The translations under genes were made by a program, and so were the position numbers. From contig JACQFS010000018.1 in the NCBI GenBank assembly GCA_016199935.1, forward strand, positions 18,785 to 82,784: a stretch of 64,000 nucleotides of DNA, in the 5' to 3' direction. Shown here in pieces: positions 11,469-22,285 of the stretch. This DNA comes from Verrucomicrobiota bacterium. GTDB lineage: Bacteria > Verrucomicrobiota > Verrucomicrobiia > Limisphaerales > JACQFS01. The notes under the pieces are model-generated. The model saw only the letters and a list, made by a program, of their open reading frames with translations, was not told the DNA's origin and searched no databases. Positions within the stretch are counted from its first letter, which is position 1. The number at the start of each line of letters is the position of its first letter.

Positions 11469-12656
11469 GTGCGCAGCATTTATTTCGATTACAACGCCAC
11501 CACGCCGCTCGATCCCGTGGTGCGCGCGGCGATGCTGCCGTTTCTGGACGAGGTGTTCGGCAATCCGTCGTCGGTCCATCACGTCGGCCGGCGCGCGCGC
11601 GCGCTGCTGGACGACGCTCGCGACCGCGTGGCGCAGGTGTGGCGCGCGAAGCCGAGCGAGGTGGTGTTCACCAGCGGCGGCACGGAGAGCAACAACCTCG
11701 CGATCTTCGGCGCGGCCCGGCTGTGCGCGCGGGCCGGCAAGCGCCATCTGGTCACCTCGCCGGTGGAGCATCACGCGGTGCTGCATTGCTTCCGCTATTT
11801 GGAAAAACACGAGGGCTTCGCGGTGACGTATCTCCCCGTGGACGCCGCCGGCCGCGTGGCGCCCGACGATCTGGCGCGCGCGCTGCGGCCGGACACCGCG
11901 CTGGTGTCGGTGCAGGCCGCGAACAACGAGACCGGCGCGGTGCAGCCGGTGGCGGAGCTGGGCGCGTTGTGCCGCGCGCGCGGCGTGCTGTTCCACACGG
12001 ACGCGGTGCAGTGGTTCGGCAAGCTGCCGTTCGCGGACATCGGGCAGTTCAACGCGGTTCTGGTCAGCGTGTGCTCGCACAAATTTCACGGGCCGAAGGG
12101 CGCAGGGGCGCTCTTTATCCGTTCGCCGCTGCTGCCGGACCCGATCCTGTTCGGCGGCGGCCACGAGAATGAGCGCCGCGCCGGCACGGAGAACCTCGCG
12201 GCGATCATCGGCTTCACGGAAGCGACGGAGCGATTCGTGCGCGAGCCGGCGTTCGACGCGGTGAAATTGGCTCCATTGCTGCAAAGGCTCGGCGCTTTGG
12301 TGGACTCGCTCGAAGGCGTGCAACGCCGAACGCTCCTCTCGACCAACCCGAAACTCGAAACCCGAAACCCGGAACTCCTCCCCAACACCCTCGCCTTCAC
12401 CGTCGCCGGCGCCGACAGCATCGCGCTGCTCGCGGGTCTGGACCTCGAGGGAATTTGTGCCAGTAGCGGCTCCGCGTGCTCGGCCGGCTCGCTGGAGCCG
12501 TCTCATGTGATGCTGGCGATGGGCGTGGAGCCCAAACTGGCGAACGCACTGGTGCGGCTCTCGATCGGGCGGCAGACGACGCTGGAGGAGATCGCCGAAG
12601 TCGAGCGGGCGCTGCCGTTGGTGATCGGACGCGTGCGGGGCGGTCACCGGCGGTGA
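11469..12656 (+). CDS. iscS: Cysteine desulfurase (IscS/NifS type)
   Basis: YFDYNATT, FTSGGTESNN, HTDAVQ, SHKFHGPKG, GICASSGSACS. Confidence 0.92.
   Translation: MRSIYFDYNATTPLDPVVRAAMLPFLDEVFGNPSSVHHVGRRARALLDDARDRVAQVWRAKPSEVVFTSGGTESNNLAIFGAARLCARAGKRHLVTSPVEHHAVLHCFRYLEKHEGFAVTYLPVDAAGRVAPDDLARALRPDTALVSVQAANNETGAVQPVAELGALCRARGVLFHTDAVQWFGKLPFADIGQFNAVLVSVCSHKFHGPKGAGALFIRSPLLPDPILFGGGHENERRAGTENLAAIIGFTEATERFVREPAFDAVKLAPLLQRLGALVDSLEGVQRRTLLSTNPKLETRNPELLPNTLAFTVAGADSIALLAGLDLEGICASSGSACSAGSLEPSHVMLAMGVEPKLANALVRLSIGRQTTLEEIAEVERALPLVIGRVRGGHRR
12345..12379 (+). repeat. Heptamer tandem repeat inside iscS
   Basis: AACCCGA AACTCGA AACCCGA AACCCGG AACTCCT, translated as NPKLETRNPELL. 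Confidence 0.75.
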
Positions 12657-12887
12657 AAACTTAACAACCCGGTGAATAGGCTGGCTGCAACCGGTGAAGA
12701 GTCGGACGTGATGGACGAGGTCCGTGGAGTTGCTGGCACTGTTGACCGACACCCCAAGAAGTTGTTCACACGTCGTCAGCCGCATCAATGGCTTGTGGTT
12801 CCCTTGACACGTGGGGTTGTTTGCCTTATTCACCGCCCTTAATAATACGGTAGATTCTCTCTCTCTGAGAACACTAGTAAGGCACGC
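12652..12887. other. Candidate replication origin (DnaA boxes, trio-like motif, AT-richer stretch)
   Basis: TTGTTCACA 12762-12770; TTATTCACC 12826-12834 followed by GCCCT and TAA-TAA-TAC; reverse-strand CTATTCACC 12671-12679; immediately upstream of dnaN. Confidence 0.5.
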
Positions 12888-13997
12888 ATGAAATTCACGG
12901 TCACAAAAGAGCAGTTGAGCCACGGCCTCGCCGCAGTGCAGAACGTCGTCAGCACGCGGACGACCCTGCCCATTCTCGCCAATGTTTTGCTCAAGGCCGA
13001 CGGCAACAAGCTCGAACTCACCGCGACCGATCTGGACGTGACCATCTCGTGCAGTGTCGAGGCGGCGGTGGCCAAGGGCGGCTCCACGACGTTGCCGGTG
13101 AAAAAAATCACGGCCATCGTGCGTGAACTTGGCGGCGGCGAGCTCGAATTCGAGACGGACGACAAGAACTTCACGGTCATCAAGGCCGGTGCTTCCTTTT
13201 ACAAGATCCACGGGCTGGCGTCGGAGGAGTTTCCGCCGTTGCCTAAGTTCAAGGAGAACAAAAAAATCACCCTCGCGCAGGAACGGCTGCGCACGATGTT
13301 GCGCAAGACCAGCTACGGCATGAGCGCCGATGAGACGCGCTACGTGCTCAACGGCCTGCTCTTTTCGCTCAAGGACCACAAGCTCACGATGGTCGCGACC
13401 GACGGCCGCCGCCTCGCGCTGGTGGACGAGGAAGTGGACATCCCGGCGGACAGCCAGGGCGACTTCATCGTGCCGAGCAAGGCGATCACCGAACTGGGCC
13501 GGCTGCTGCAGGAAGCAGGCAACGTGGAGATCAAGTTTGCCGAGAACCAGGCGGCATTTTCGTTGAGCAACGAAGGCGGCCAGTCCGTGCTCGTGATCAC
13601 CAAGCTGATCGAGGGCAACTATCCCAATTACCGCCAGGTCATCCCGGCCGAAAGCAAGGAGCGCATCCCGATGGTGCGCGAGGAATTGCTCGCCAGCCTG
13701 CGCCGCGCCGAGATCATGACGAGCGAGAAGAGCAATTCGGTGAAGCTCGCGTTCGGCAAGAACAACCTCGCCATCACCGCCAACACGCCGGAAGTCGGCG
13801 AGGCGCGCGAAAGCATCGCCATCAACTACAAGGGCAAGGAATTTGCCATCGCCTTCAATCCTGCCTACCTCATGGACCCGCTCAAGGCGCTGACCGAGGA
13901 CGAGGTGTTCTTTGAGCTGACCGACGAACTCAGCCCCGGCGTGCTCAAGATCAACGGGCCCTTCCTCTACGTCATCATGCCCATGCGCATGAGCTGA
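12888..13997 (+). CDS. dnaN: DNA polymerase III beta clamp
   Basis: TTLPILANVLL, ATDLD, DETRYVLNG, MVATDGRRL, IEGNYPNY, YVIMPMR. Confidence 0.98.
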   Translation: MKFTVTKEQLSHGLAAVQNVVSTRTTLPILANVLLKADGNKLELTATDLDVTISCSVEAAVAKGGSTTLPVKKITAIVRELGGGELEFETDDKNFTVIKAGASFYKIHGLASEEFPPLPKFKENKKITLAQERLRTMLRKTSYGMSADETRYVLNGLLFSLKDHKLTMVATDGRRLALVDEEVDIPADSQGDFIVPSKAITELGRLLQEAGNVEIKFAENQAAFSLSNEGGQSVLVITKLIEGNYPNYRQVIPAESKERIPMVREELLASLRRAEIMTSEKSNSVKLAFGKNNLAITANTPEVGEARESIAINYKGKEFAIAFNPAYLMDPLKALTEDEVFFELTDELSPGVLKINGPFLYVIMPMRMS

Positions 13998-14038
13998 GGA
14001 AAATTCGGAGCGCCAGCTTCCGGCCCGGCAGAGTCACC

Positions 14039-15103
14039 TCATTTCTTCCGGCGCGCCCGCGCGTAGCCCGGCTTGATCACGTCGTAGATCAGCCGCAGCC
14101 GCTCATCAAAGTGAATGAACGCGCCCTTGATCGAGTTGAGCGTGATTTTTTCCAGGTCATCCACCGTGAGATCGAACTCCTCCACGGCAATCGCGAATTC
14201 CTTCGTCATGCTCGTGTCGCTCATCAGCCGGTCGTCGGTGTTGAGCGTCACGCGGAAGCCGCGGTCGAAATACAATTTGAACGGGTGCTCGCGCAGCGAC
14301 GGCACCGAGCCTGTGTGGACGTTGCTCGAGAGGCACATCTCCAGCGGAATACGGCGGTCGAGCACGTATTGCGCGAGCGTGCCGAGCTTCACGATCTTTC
14401 CACCCACGATGGTCATGTCGTCCGAGAGCCGCGTCGCATGGCCGAGCCGGTGCGCGCCGCAAAACTGGAGCGCCTGCCAGATGCTCGCCACGCCGAACGC
14501 CTCGCCCGCGTGCAGCGTGGAGAAAAAATTCGCGCGCTGGATCGCGGCGAAGGCCTCGGCGTGTTTCTTGGGCGGATGCCCCGCCTCCTCGCCCGCGAGA
14601 TCGAAGCCCACCACGCCGCGGTCGCGGAAATTGACGGCCAACTCAGCCGCTTCGAGCGAGTCCGTGCGGTCGCGCATCGCGCAAAGAATCAGCCCCCATT
14701 TCACGCCGCACTTTTCCTCGCCGCGCCGCAAACCATCCAGCACCGCGCCGACGATTGCCTCGTCCGTCAGCCCCTGCTCGCGATGGAAGCACGGCGCGAA
14801 GCGCGCCTCCGCATACACCACGCCGTCCGCATGCATGTCCTCGATGAACTCGAACGCCACGCGTTCGAGTGCTGCGCGCGTCTGCATCACGGCGATGGTG
14901 TGCTTGAAGCCTTCGAGGTAGAGCGGGAGCGAGCCGCGGTTGGCGCCGCGATGAAACCACGCGGCCAGTTCCTTGGGCCGGTCCGTCGGCAGACCTTCGT
15001 AGCCGGCCGCGCGCGCCAGTTCGATGATCGTCTTCGGGCGCAGGCCGCCATCGAGATGTTCGTGGAGCAGAACCTTGGGCAGGGCTTGGAGGTCGAGTGG
15101 CAT
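14039..15103 (-). CDS. add: Adenosine deaminase
   Basis: LHEHLDGG, GFDLAGEE, HAGE, RLGH, NTDD. Confidence 0.93.
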   Translation of the reverse strand: MPLDLQALPKVLLHEHLDGGLRPKTIIELARAAGYEGLPTDRPKELAAWFHRGANRGSLPLYLEGFKHTIAVMQTRAALERVAFEFIEDMHADGVVYAEARFAPCFHREQGLTDEAIVGAVLDGLRRGEEKCGVKWGLILCAMRDRTDSLEAAELAVNFRDRGVVGFDLAGEEAGHPPKKHAEAFAAIQRANFFSTLHAGEAFGVASIWQALQFCGAHRLGHATRLSDDMTIVGGKIVKLGTLAQYVLDRRIPLEMCLSSNVHTGSVPSLREHPFKLYFDRGFRVTLNTDDRLMSDTSMTKEFAIAVEEFDLTVDDLEKITLNSIKGAFIHFDERLRLIYDVIKPGYARARRKK

Positions 15104-15173
15104 GGCGAAAAAATCCCGGTTCGAGAATTTTTTTTGCGCGCGATCCGGCCCCGGTCGCGGCGGCGGGTCCGAG

Positions 15174-15458
15174 TCAGTCCGACCAGGAGCTGAACTCGCC
15201 GAGCGGCCGGGTGAACGTCGCGCGGCCGGGCTTGAGCACCAGCACTTCGGCCGCCTGGTTCACACTTTTTGAAAGCGCCGTGAACGGCAGGCTGATGACG
15301 AAGAACACGCTTCCCACGGCGGTGGCCGCCAGACACAACGGCCGCGCGATTACGGCGTCGGTGATCATCGCGGGCGGGCTGCCATCAGTGGCGCGCGCGG
15401 AGGGGAACGAGACAAAAAGCAGGACGATGGCGAGGAAGAAAGCCAGACGCGGTTTCAT
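15174..15458 (-). CDS. Small exported/membrane hypothetical protein
   Basis: Signal peptide, then D-x-x-x-x-RP...LPF...TFTRPLG pattern; host-like codons. Confidence 0.7.
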   Translation of the reverse strand: MKPRLAFFLAIVLLFVSFPSARATDGSPPAMITDAVIARPLCLAATAVGSVFFVISLPFTALSKSVNQAAEVLVLKPGRATFTRPLGEFSSWSD

Positions 15459-15526
15459 GACGGGCCGAACCTAGCGGCGGCCGGCGGCGTTGTCGAACCG
15501 TTTTGCGACGGCGTGGCGGGCTGCAG

Positions 15527-17101
15527 CTACCAATCCGTCGGCGCGTAGTCCTTCAGAAATTTTCCCCAGATGTGTTCGCCCGTGTTGAAGCCCGCGATGA
15601 TCGGGTCCACGATGCGCGCGGCGCCGTCCACGATGTCCAGCGGCGGATGGAAGCGGTGCATCTCCTGTTTGCGCGCCGCGATCTGCACCGGGTCTTCGTC
15701 CGTCACCCAGCCGGTGTCCACGGCGTTCATGTGGATGCCGTCGGCGTGGTAATCGGCGGCCGAGGTGCGCGTCATCATGTTGAGCGCGGCCTTGGCCATG
15801 TTCGTGTGCGGATGGCGCGTGGTCTTGAACTTCCGGTAGAACTGCCCCTCGACTGCGGAGACGTTCACGATGTGCTTGTCGCGCTCCGGCGTGTGGAGCA
15901 TGAGCGGCTTGAGCCGCGCGTTGAGGATGAACGGCGCGATCGCATTCACGAGCTGCACTTCGAGCAACTCGACCGACGGCACCTCGTGCATCAGCAGCCG
16001 CCACGAGTTGCGCTCACGCAAATCCACCTGCTGCAAATCCTGATCGAGCCGACCCTCGGGGAACAAATCCTTCTGCGCCGCGAGCTCGTCCGGCAGCATC
16101 GGAATCTGGGACAGCGCGGCGGCGTGCGTGATGCCCGCGACATCGGAAATATTTTTCTGCGCCACGATCGCACCGCCTTCGGGCAGCAGGTGATAGCCGC
16201 GCAACCCTTCGTAAGCGCCCAATAATTTCTGAACCTCCGGCGGCAGGTCATGCAACGACCCGTTCTCAGCCGCCATCATGTGCTCATAAAAATCCGGCGG
16301 ACGCCGCACGGTCTGGCACGCGTTGTTGATGATGAAATCCAGTCGCGCGTGCGTGGCCGTCAGATGCCGGCAGAACGCCTCCACGCTCGGCGTGTGACGC
16401 AGATCGAGCCCGAAGATTTTCAGCCGGTGGCTCCACTCCTTGAAGTCCGGCTCCGCCGCGTAGCGCATCGCCGAGTCGCGCGGGAAGCGCGTGCTCACGA
16501 TCACGTGCGCGCCCGCGCGCAGCAGCTTGATGCCCGCCTGATAACCAATCTTCACGCGCCCGCCCGTGAGCAGCGCCACGCGCCCGCGCAGGTCCGCCGA
16601 CTCAGTGCGCTTGCGCCAGTTCAACTCCGCGCACGCCGGGCAGAGCTGGTCGTAGAAATGGTGGATCGCCGAGTAATCTTTTTTGCAGATGTAACAGTTC
16701 TGCGGCTCGACCACTTCGCGGAACTCCGGATTGTCCTTCACCTCCTCCTGCTTGAATTCGAGCGGCGGGAAGACGTTCGGCGTCATGAAAACTTTTTCGC
16801 GGCGCAGCTTGCGGATGCCCGTCTCGTTGAGCTTCGACTGGTCGCGCTCGAGCTTCTCCGCCTTGCGCTGCTTCACGCGCGCCTTCACGAGCCGGCGGCG
16901 CTCCTTCAAGTCGGGGCAGTAAATGTTGCCCGCCGCCGTCAGCAGCCGCGTGCGCTCCGGTTCGGAAAGTTCCGCGAGCAACGCGCGATTGGCCGCGGCC
17001 TTCTCCAACAACTCCGCCGCCGCCTTGAGCTGCGCCGCGATTGACGCGGCCGCGCGCGAGTGGTCGCGCGCCGAGGCGGGGTGGTTGGGTTGGTCGGCCA
17101 T
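15527..17101 (-). CDS. Extended SDR-like oxidoreductase with N-terminal CxxC...CxxC
   Basis: CYICK...LCPAC, then [22 protein letters not shown]. Confidence 0.85.
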   Translation of the reverse strand: MADQPNHPASARDHSRAAASIAAQLKAAAELLEKAAANRALLAELSEPERTRLLTAAGNIYCPDLKERRRLVKARVKQRKAEKLERDQSKLNETGIRKLRREKVFMTPNVFPPLEFKQEEVKDNPEFREVVEPQNCYICKKDYSAIHHFYDQLCPACAELNWRKRTESADLRGRVALLTGGRVKIGYQAGIKLLRAGAHVIVSTRFPRDSAMRYAAEPDFKEWSHRLKIFGLDLRHTPSVEAFCRHLTATHARLDFIINNACQTVRRPPDFYEHMMAAENGSLHDLPPEVQKLLGAYEGLRGYHLLPEGGAIVAQKNISDVAGITHAAALSQIPMLPDELAAQKDLFPEGRLDQDLQQVDLRERNSWRLLMHEVPSVELLEVQLVNAIAPFILNARLKPLMLHTPERDKHIVNVSAVEGQFYRKFKTTRHPHTNMAKAALNMMTRTSAADYHADGIHMNAVDTGWVTDEDPVQIAARKQEMHRFHPPLDIVDGAARIVDPIIAGFNTGEHIWGKFLKDYAPTDW

Positions 17102-17203
17102 CGGATCGAAATTTTGTTACGGATGTGGTGGAGACGGTTCCGCTTTCGCTTTGCGGGCGCAACGCTCGGTTAGCGTTTCAGCGGGCGCGTCGTTTTCCGC
17201 TCC

Positions 17204-17965
17204 TCATTTCAATTTGCCCGCCGCCCACAGCACACCGCGGCTCAGGTATTCGAGAAACACCGGATCGCGAAACGTCTCGTCCGAGTGGCCGTAGGTCGTG
17301 CCGAAGACGCGCGCCTTACCGTATTGGTTCGTCCAGATCACCGGGTAATCGTTGCCGTCCTTCTCGCTCTTCGAGGTGGCGAGCGCCTTCGCCTTCGGCC
17401 ACAACTTTTCGATCACGTAGAGTTCGTCCATGGGCGTGACCCAGTTCGCCGGCATTCCCTTCACGATCGGATGCTTCGGCTCGACGATCTTCACCGCGTA
17501 GTTGCTCTGGTGATCATGCCGTCGGCTCGTCACGCCGAGGAACTCGCGCCAGTCGTCAATGTCCGTCGCGCGATACGTGTGCATCGCGCAATGAATCACC
17601 ACGCCCGGCACGCCGGCCTTGTGCGCCGCGGTGATCTTGCGGATGTAGGCCTGGTTCGTCGTGTTGGCGAAGCACTCGTTGTGCACCACCACGTCGTAGC
17701 CCTTCGCCCAGTTCGGATTTTCGTAAAGCGGGATCATCGCCTCCGTGCCCTTGCCGCCTTCATTCACCACGGTCCACTCGACCGGCGCGAGCTTGGCGAC
17801 GGCGGCCTTGAGCGACTCGGCTTGGAGTTCGTAGTTGTGACAGCACCCGCCCGTGATGAGCAACGCGCGGAGGGGCTTGCCGCTCTTGCCCGCCGCGAGC
17901 GCGGGCGATGCGGCCGTCAGGACGAGCACGGTGAGGAGGAGAAATGAATTCAAGCGTCGGAACAT
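17204..17965 (-). CDS. ThuA-like domain secreted protein
   Basis: Signal peptide, ITGGCCHNY, DELY, TTYGH; start at ATG 17965. Confidence 0.85.
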   Translation of the reverse strand: MFRRLNSFLLLTVLVLTAASPALAAGKSGKPLRALLITGGCCHNYELQAESLKAAVAKLAPVEWTVVNEGGKGTEAMIPLYENPNWAKGYDVVVHNECFANTTNQAYIRKITAAHKAGVPGVVIHCAMHTYRATDIDDWREFLGVTSRRHDHQSNYAVKIVEPKHPIVKGMPANWVTPMDELYVIEKLWPKAKALATSKSEKDGNDYPVIWTNQYGKARVFGTTYGHSDETFRDPVFLEYLSRGVLWAAGKLK

Positions 17966-18018
17966 GGGCCGACCGTAGCAACGCCGCGCGGAACGGGTCA
18001 ATCACCGCCGACGCGCGC

Positions 18019-18624
18019 TCAGCCCCGGCCGTAAATTTTTCGGAGCGCCTCACCGTTGTAACTGCGCGTGGTGCCGGCCGCGGACTGAATCTTGAGCGAG
18101 CCTTTCACGATCTCCACCACTACGCCGACGTAACCGGCGACGTCCACGTGTTGGCCGTAGGCGCACTTGGGAAAATCCGGCCGGCCCGCGTAGTCGTTGA
18201 TCGGCCGCGCGGGCGCGGAGAAATCCGGCTCGGCGATGAACACGCGCGGCGGGGCCTCGGGCTTGGGCCGCGCCGGTTCGTCCGCGAACACGGGCTTCGG
18301 GCGGTCAATGTTCCGCGTCGTGGGCACCGCCTCGATGGGCGCGGGCGGCGCGCAAAGCGTCTGGAGCCGGCCGGCATTGAACCGCTGCGTGACGCCCTCG
18401 GACGAGCGCACGACGATGGATTGGTTGATGATCTCGACCACCACGCCCGCGAAGCCGCGGATGTCCACGTGGACCCCGAGCGCGCATTGCGGAAAATCCG
18501 CGCGCACCGCGAGGGCGGCGATGGGCTGCGGTTCTCCGGAGAAATCCGGCTCGGTGATCACCGTGCGCGTGGGTGCGGCGGGCGTCGTTTCGTTGGCTTG
18601 ATCTGGACTCGTGGGCGACGGCAT
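18019..18624 (-). CDS. Hypothetical protein with a duplicated ~70-aa domain
   Basis: Two copies of EPDFS...DFPxCAxGxHVDxxGxxGVVVEI... Confidence 0.8.
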   Translation of the reverse strand: MPSPTSPDQANETTPAAPTRTVITEPDFSGEPQPIAALAVRADFPQCALGVHVDIRGFAGVVVEIINQSIVVRSSEGVTQRFNAGRLQTLCAPPAPIEAVPTTRNIDRPKPVFADEPARPKPEAPPRVFIAEPDFSAPARPINDYAGRPDFPKCAYGQHVDVAGYVGVVVEIVKGSLKIQSAAGTTRSYNGEALRKIYGRG

Positions 18625-18718
18625 CAGTCCGGCACTTTCTCTGGCTCGCAGCGGAATGGCGAATGGATTTCTATTTTTTCTTGTCCCCCCTGCTATGCAG
18701 GCGCGTGTCTCGCAGCGC

Positions 18719-19258
18719 TTAGCTTACATTGTAGCCAAGCTCCCGATGCTTGTCCGAAGGTGCACCGGCTCGTAGCCAATCAAGTGGGGTTTCGTCGGAG
18801 TTTGCAGGATCAACCCAAATCACCGAGTTGAGTTCCGGAACTTTGCCGAGCGAGTTGACCAAACGGCGGCGGATCGCACCGTCATGTGACGCGACAGGAC
18901 TTTCGGTCGCCACCGCGGCAAAGACGAGATGCAAATCCTTAGTGATTTTCTCGGGGAGTAGTCCTGGATCGTTGGACGCCAGGACACGTGATTCGAGTCC
19001 GGCCACGGGCAGCGCCTCGGTCTCCTTGAGCTTCTTACGTGCAGCCATCTGAACCCGCCATTTTCTTGCGTAGCGACTTGCGTGCCTCTTCCATTCTGCG
19101 GCGATGTCCGGAGTCCAAACGGCTTGATGACAAATATCCAAAACAGCTCGAAGGAAATCACGGCACGATTTGGCGACCCCGCTGACGTCCGGCGTATCCC
19201 CGGCCGCACGAGCGATGTCCGCATCAATGACAATCTGGCGGGTGTGAACCTTGCTCAT
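18719..19258 (-). CDS. Hypothetical protein, PIN-like
   Basis: IVIDAD near the N-terminus, KDLHLV, SHD; ATGA overlap with the upstream ATPase; AT-richer than flanks. Confidence 0.7.
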   Translation of the reverse strand: MSKVHTRQIVIDADIARAAGDTPDVSGVAKSCRDFLRAVLDICHQAVWTPDIAAEWKRHASRYARKWRVQMAARKKLKETEALPVAGLESRVLASNDPGLLPEKITKDLHLVFAAVATESPVASHDGAIRRRLVNSLGKVPELNSVIWVDPANSDETPLDWLRAGAPSDKHRELGYNVS

Positions 19259-20601
19259 TTGGCTCGCTGGCGCGCATCAACCGCGTCCAGGTATCGACTT
19301 TCCAAATCCATTTCAACGGCGCCAAAATTCTGGGGCCAATCGCCGTAAGCACCCGCCTCATCCAATTGCCCGCTCCGAATAAACGTTGCCCCCTCCTTCT
19401 TGTCGCGGTCGAACCAGTGAAGTTTCACATTCTGAGATTCCAACTCTTTCCCTTCTGCAACCAATGCTTGGAGAGCCAGTAACAGAAGTGAACTATGCGT
19501 TTCGACAATGACCTGGATGCCTCGTTTGACAGCACGCGCCAGCACACCAGCCATTGCGACTTGGGCTCTAGGGTGAAGATGAATCTCGGGCTGTTCTAGG
19601 TAAACACATTGTCCGGGTTCCGCCACGTGCAAGGCCACAATGACAGGAAGCGTTTGAGACACCCCAAACCCTACGTCGGCGATGTTCACCAAGTCGTGCG
19701 CCCCTCCGTGAGCGCACTCGGGTAGGCGACCAACGACTAGCTCGACCTGTGTATCGTTAATTCGATTTGCCGACGCTTTCCACGTCAACCCAAGTGCGAG
19801 CAAGTCTTCGTTGAGCGATTCAATTTTTTCCGTGGCATTGCTTGCTTTCCAACTCGCGATGACCGCAGCGGTGTAGGTTTCGAATGTTCCGGGGAAAAAC
19901 TTCCCAACCGCTGTCATCCGATAGTCTCGTTCTGGATTTCCTCGAAGACCTGGAAGATGAATCAGCCGACGCAAGAATCGTTCTGCTTGATCGGCTGCTG
20001 GGTGCGGAAGAATCGGTCCAGCAAACCCTTCCTCCCCTTTAGGACGAAAGCTGATGCCGAGAAAGAACCGCCGTTTGGAGATGGTGTATTCAAATTCCGG
20101 TTGCTTCTCTCCCTCTGGAAACGCGATAAACCCTCGTCCTCCCGGTGTGAGCTTGATGATGTCCTCACTCGTCATCTGGGGTGTAAGCTCCATTTTTTCC
20201 GAGCCTTTGCCATATACGGCGCGCTTAACCTCGACCACCTTCGACTCGTGAGGGCAAAATTCCCAACAGACGTAGCCCGAGTCACCAAAGTGCAGTTCCA
20301 CCTCAAACGAATCACTGTGCTTCTTCTTCCCGAGGTGAGTGAACATCTGGTCGGTCGAGGAAAATCGAACATTAGAACCGTCCAACAGAAGAGCACCCGG
20401 ATCAAATCCGGCCTCCAAAGTTTGCTTAAGCAGTAGGACAGCCTGCATCAAGCTCGACTTGCCGGAACTGTTTGCGCCAGCCAGCAACGTCAAAGGGCGG
20501 AATTCAATCAGTTCTGCTTGGCGGTGGGCCAATGATTTGAAGCCCGCTACTTGAACACCAGTGAGCAAGAGCGGTTGTTTTCTTTTTGGTTGATCAGGCA
20601 T
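19255..20601 (-). CDS. ABC-type (AAA_15/AAA_21-like) ATPase with DUF3696-like tail
   Basis: GANSSGKSS, FGVSQ, YLEQPEIHLHP, VETHS, WPQNF; GAGG upstream of ATG 20601. Confidence 0.88.
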   Translation of the reverse strand: MPDQPKRKQPLLLTGVQVAGFKSLAHRQAELIEFRPLTLLAGANSSGKSSLMQAVLLLKQTLEAGFDPGALLLDGSNVRFSSTDQMFTHLGKKKHSDSFEVELHFGDSGYVCWEFCPHESKVVEVKRAVYGKGSEKMELTPQMTSEDIIKLTPGGRGFIAFPEGEKQPEFEYTISKRRFFLGISFRPKGEEGFAGPILPHPAADQAERFLRRLIHLPGLRGNPERDYRMTAVGKFFPGTFETYTAAVIASWKASNATEKIESLNEDLLALGLTWKASANRINDTQVELVVGRLPECAHGGAHDLVNIADVGFGVSQTLPVIVALHVAEPGQCVYLEQPEIHLHPRAQVAMAGVLARAVKRGIQVIVETHSSLLLLALQALVAEGKELESQNVKLHWFDRDKKEGATFIRSGQLDEAGAYGDWPQNFGAVEMDLESRYLDAVDARQRAK

Positions 20602-20610
20602 AGACACCTC

Positions 20611-21879
<1,269 letters not shown>

Positions 21880-21970
21880 GTGATGCGTAATTGTTTTTCC
21901 GTGAAAACGAGGGCGGCAGTGTAGGCGCGGAAAAGTGGGGGCAGCAAGTGTGTTCTCAGCCCCGCGCCGC

Positions 21971-22285
21971 TCAATCATCCCGCCGGTAAGTCACCTCGCC
22001 CAGGTCGCGCCAGCGGAAGACGATCCGGTCGGCGGCGATGATTTCCAACCGGCCGGGGACAAAGCGCGCGGCGCGAAACTCCACGCCCGCGATCTGCCCC
22101 TCGCCGATGCCGGTCGCGATGTCCGCGCGCCAGGTGACTTCGCCCGCCGGCACGTAACTGTCGCCGGTGACCTTCGTGGCGACCCAGCGCGCCGTCTCGC
22201 GATGGACGCGGATGACCTCGTCGTGATGGCCGGGATAATGCCCGATCCACTCGCCGGTCAAATCCACTTCGGCAGGGCTGCTCAC
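21971..22285 (-). CDS. Small beta-rich hypothetical protein (cyclin D1-binding domain-like)
   Basis: GTG start overlaps the upstream TGA; LTGEWIGHYPGH...KVTGDSYVPAGEVTW. Confidence 0.65.
   Translation of the reverse strand: MSSPAEVDLTGEWIGHYPGHHDEVIRVHRETARWVATKVTGDSYVPAGEVTWRADIATGIGEGQIAGVEFRAARFVPGRLEIIAADRIVFRWRDLGEVTYRRDD

Noticed and set aside
11205-13379. 724-aa minus-strand ORF and the many other long Arg/Ala-rich overlapping ORFs
   Set aside because: Shadows of iscS, dnaN and other clear genes, as expected at high GC.
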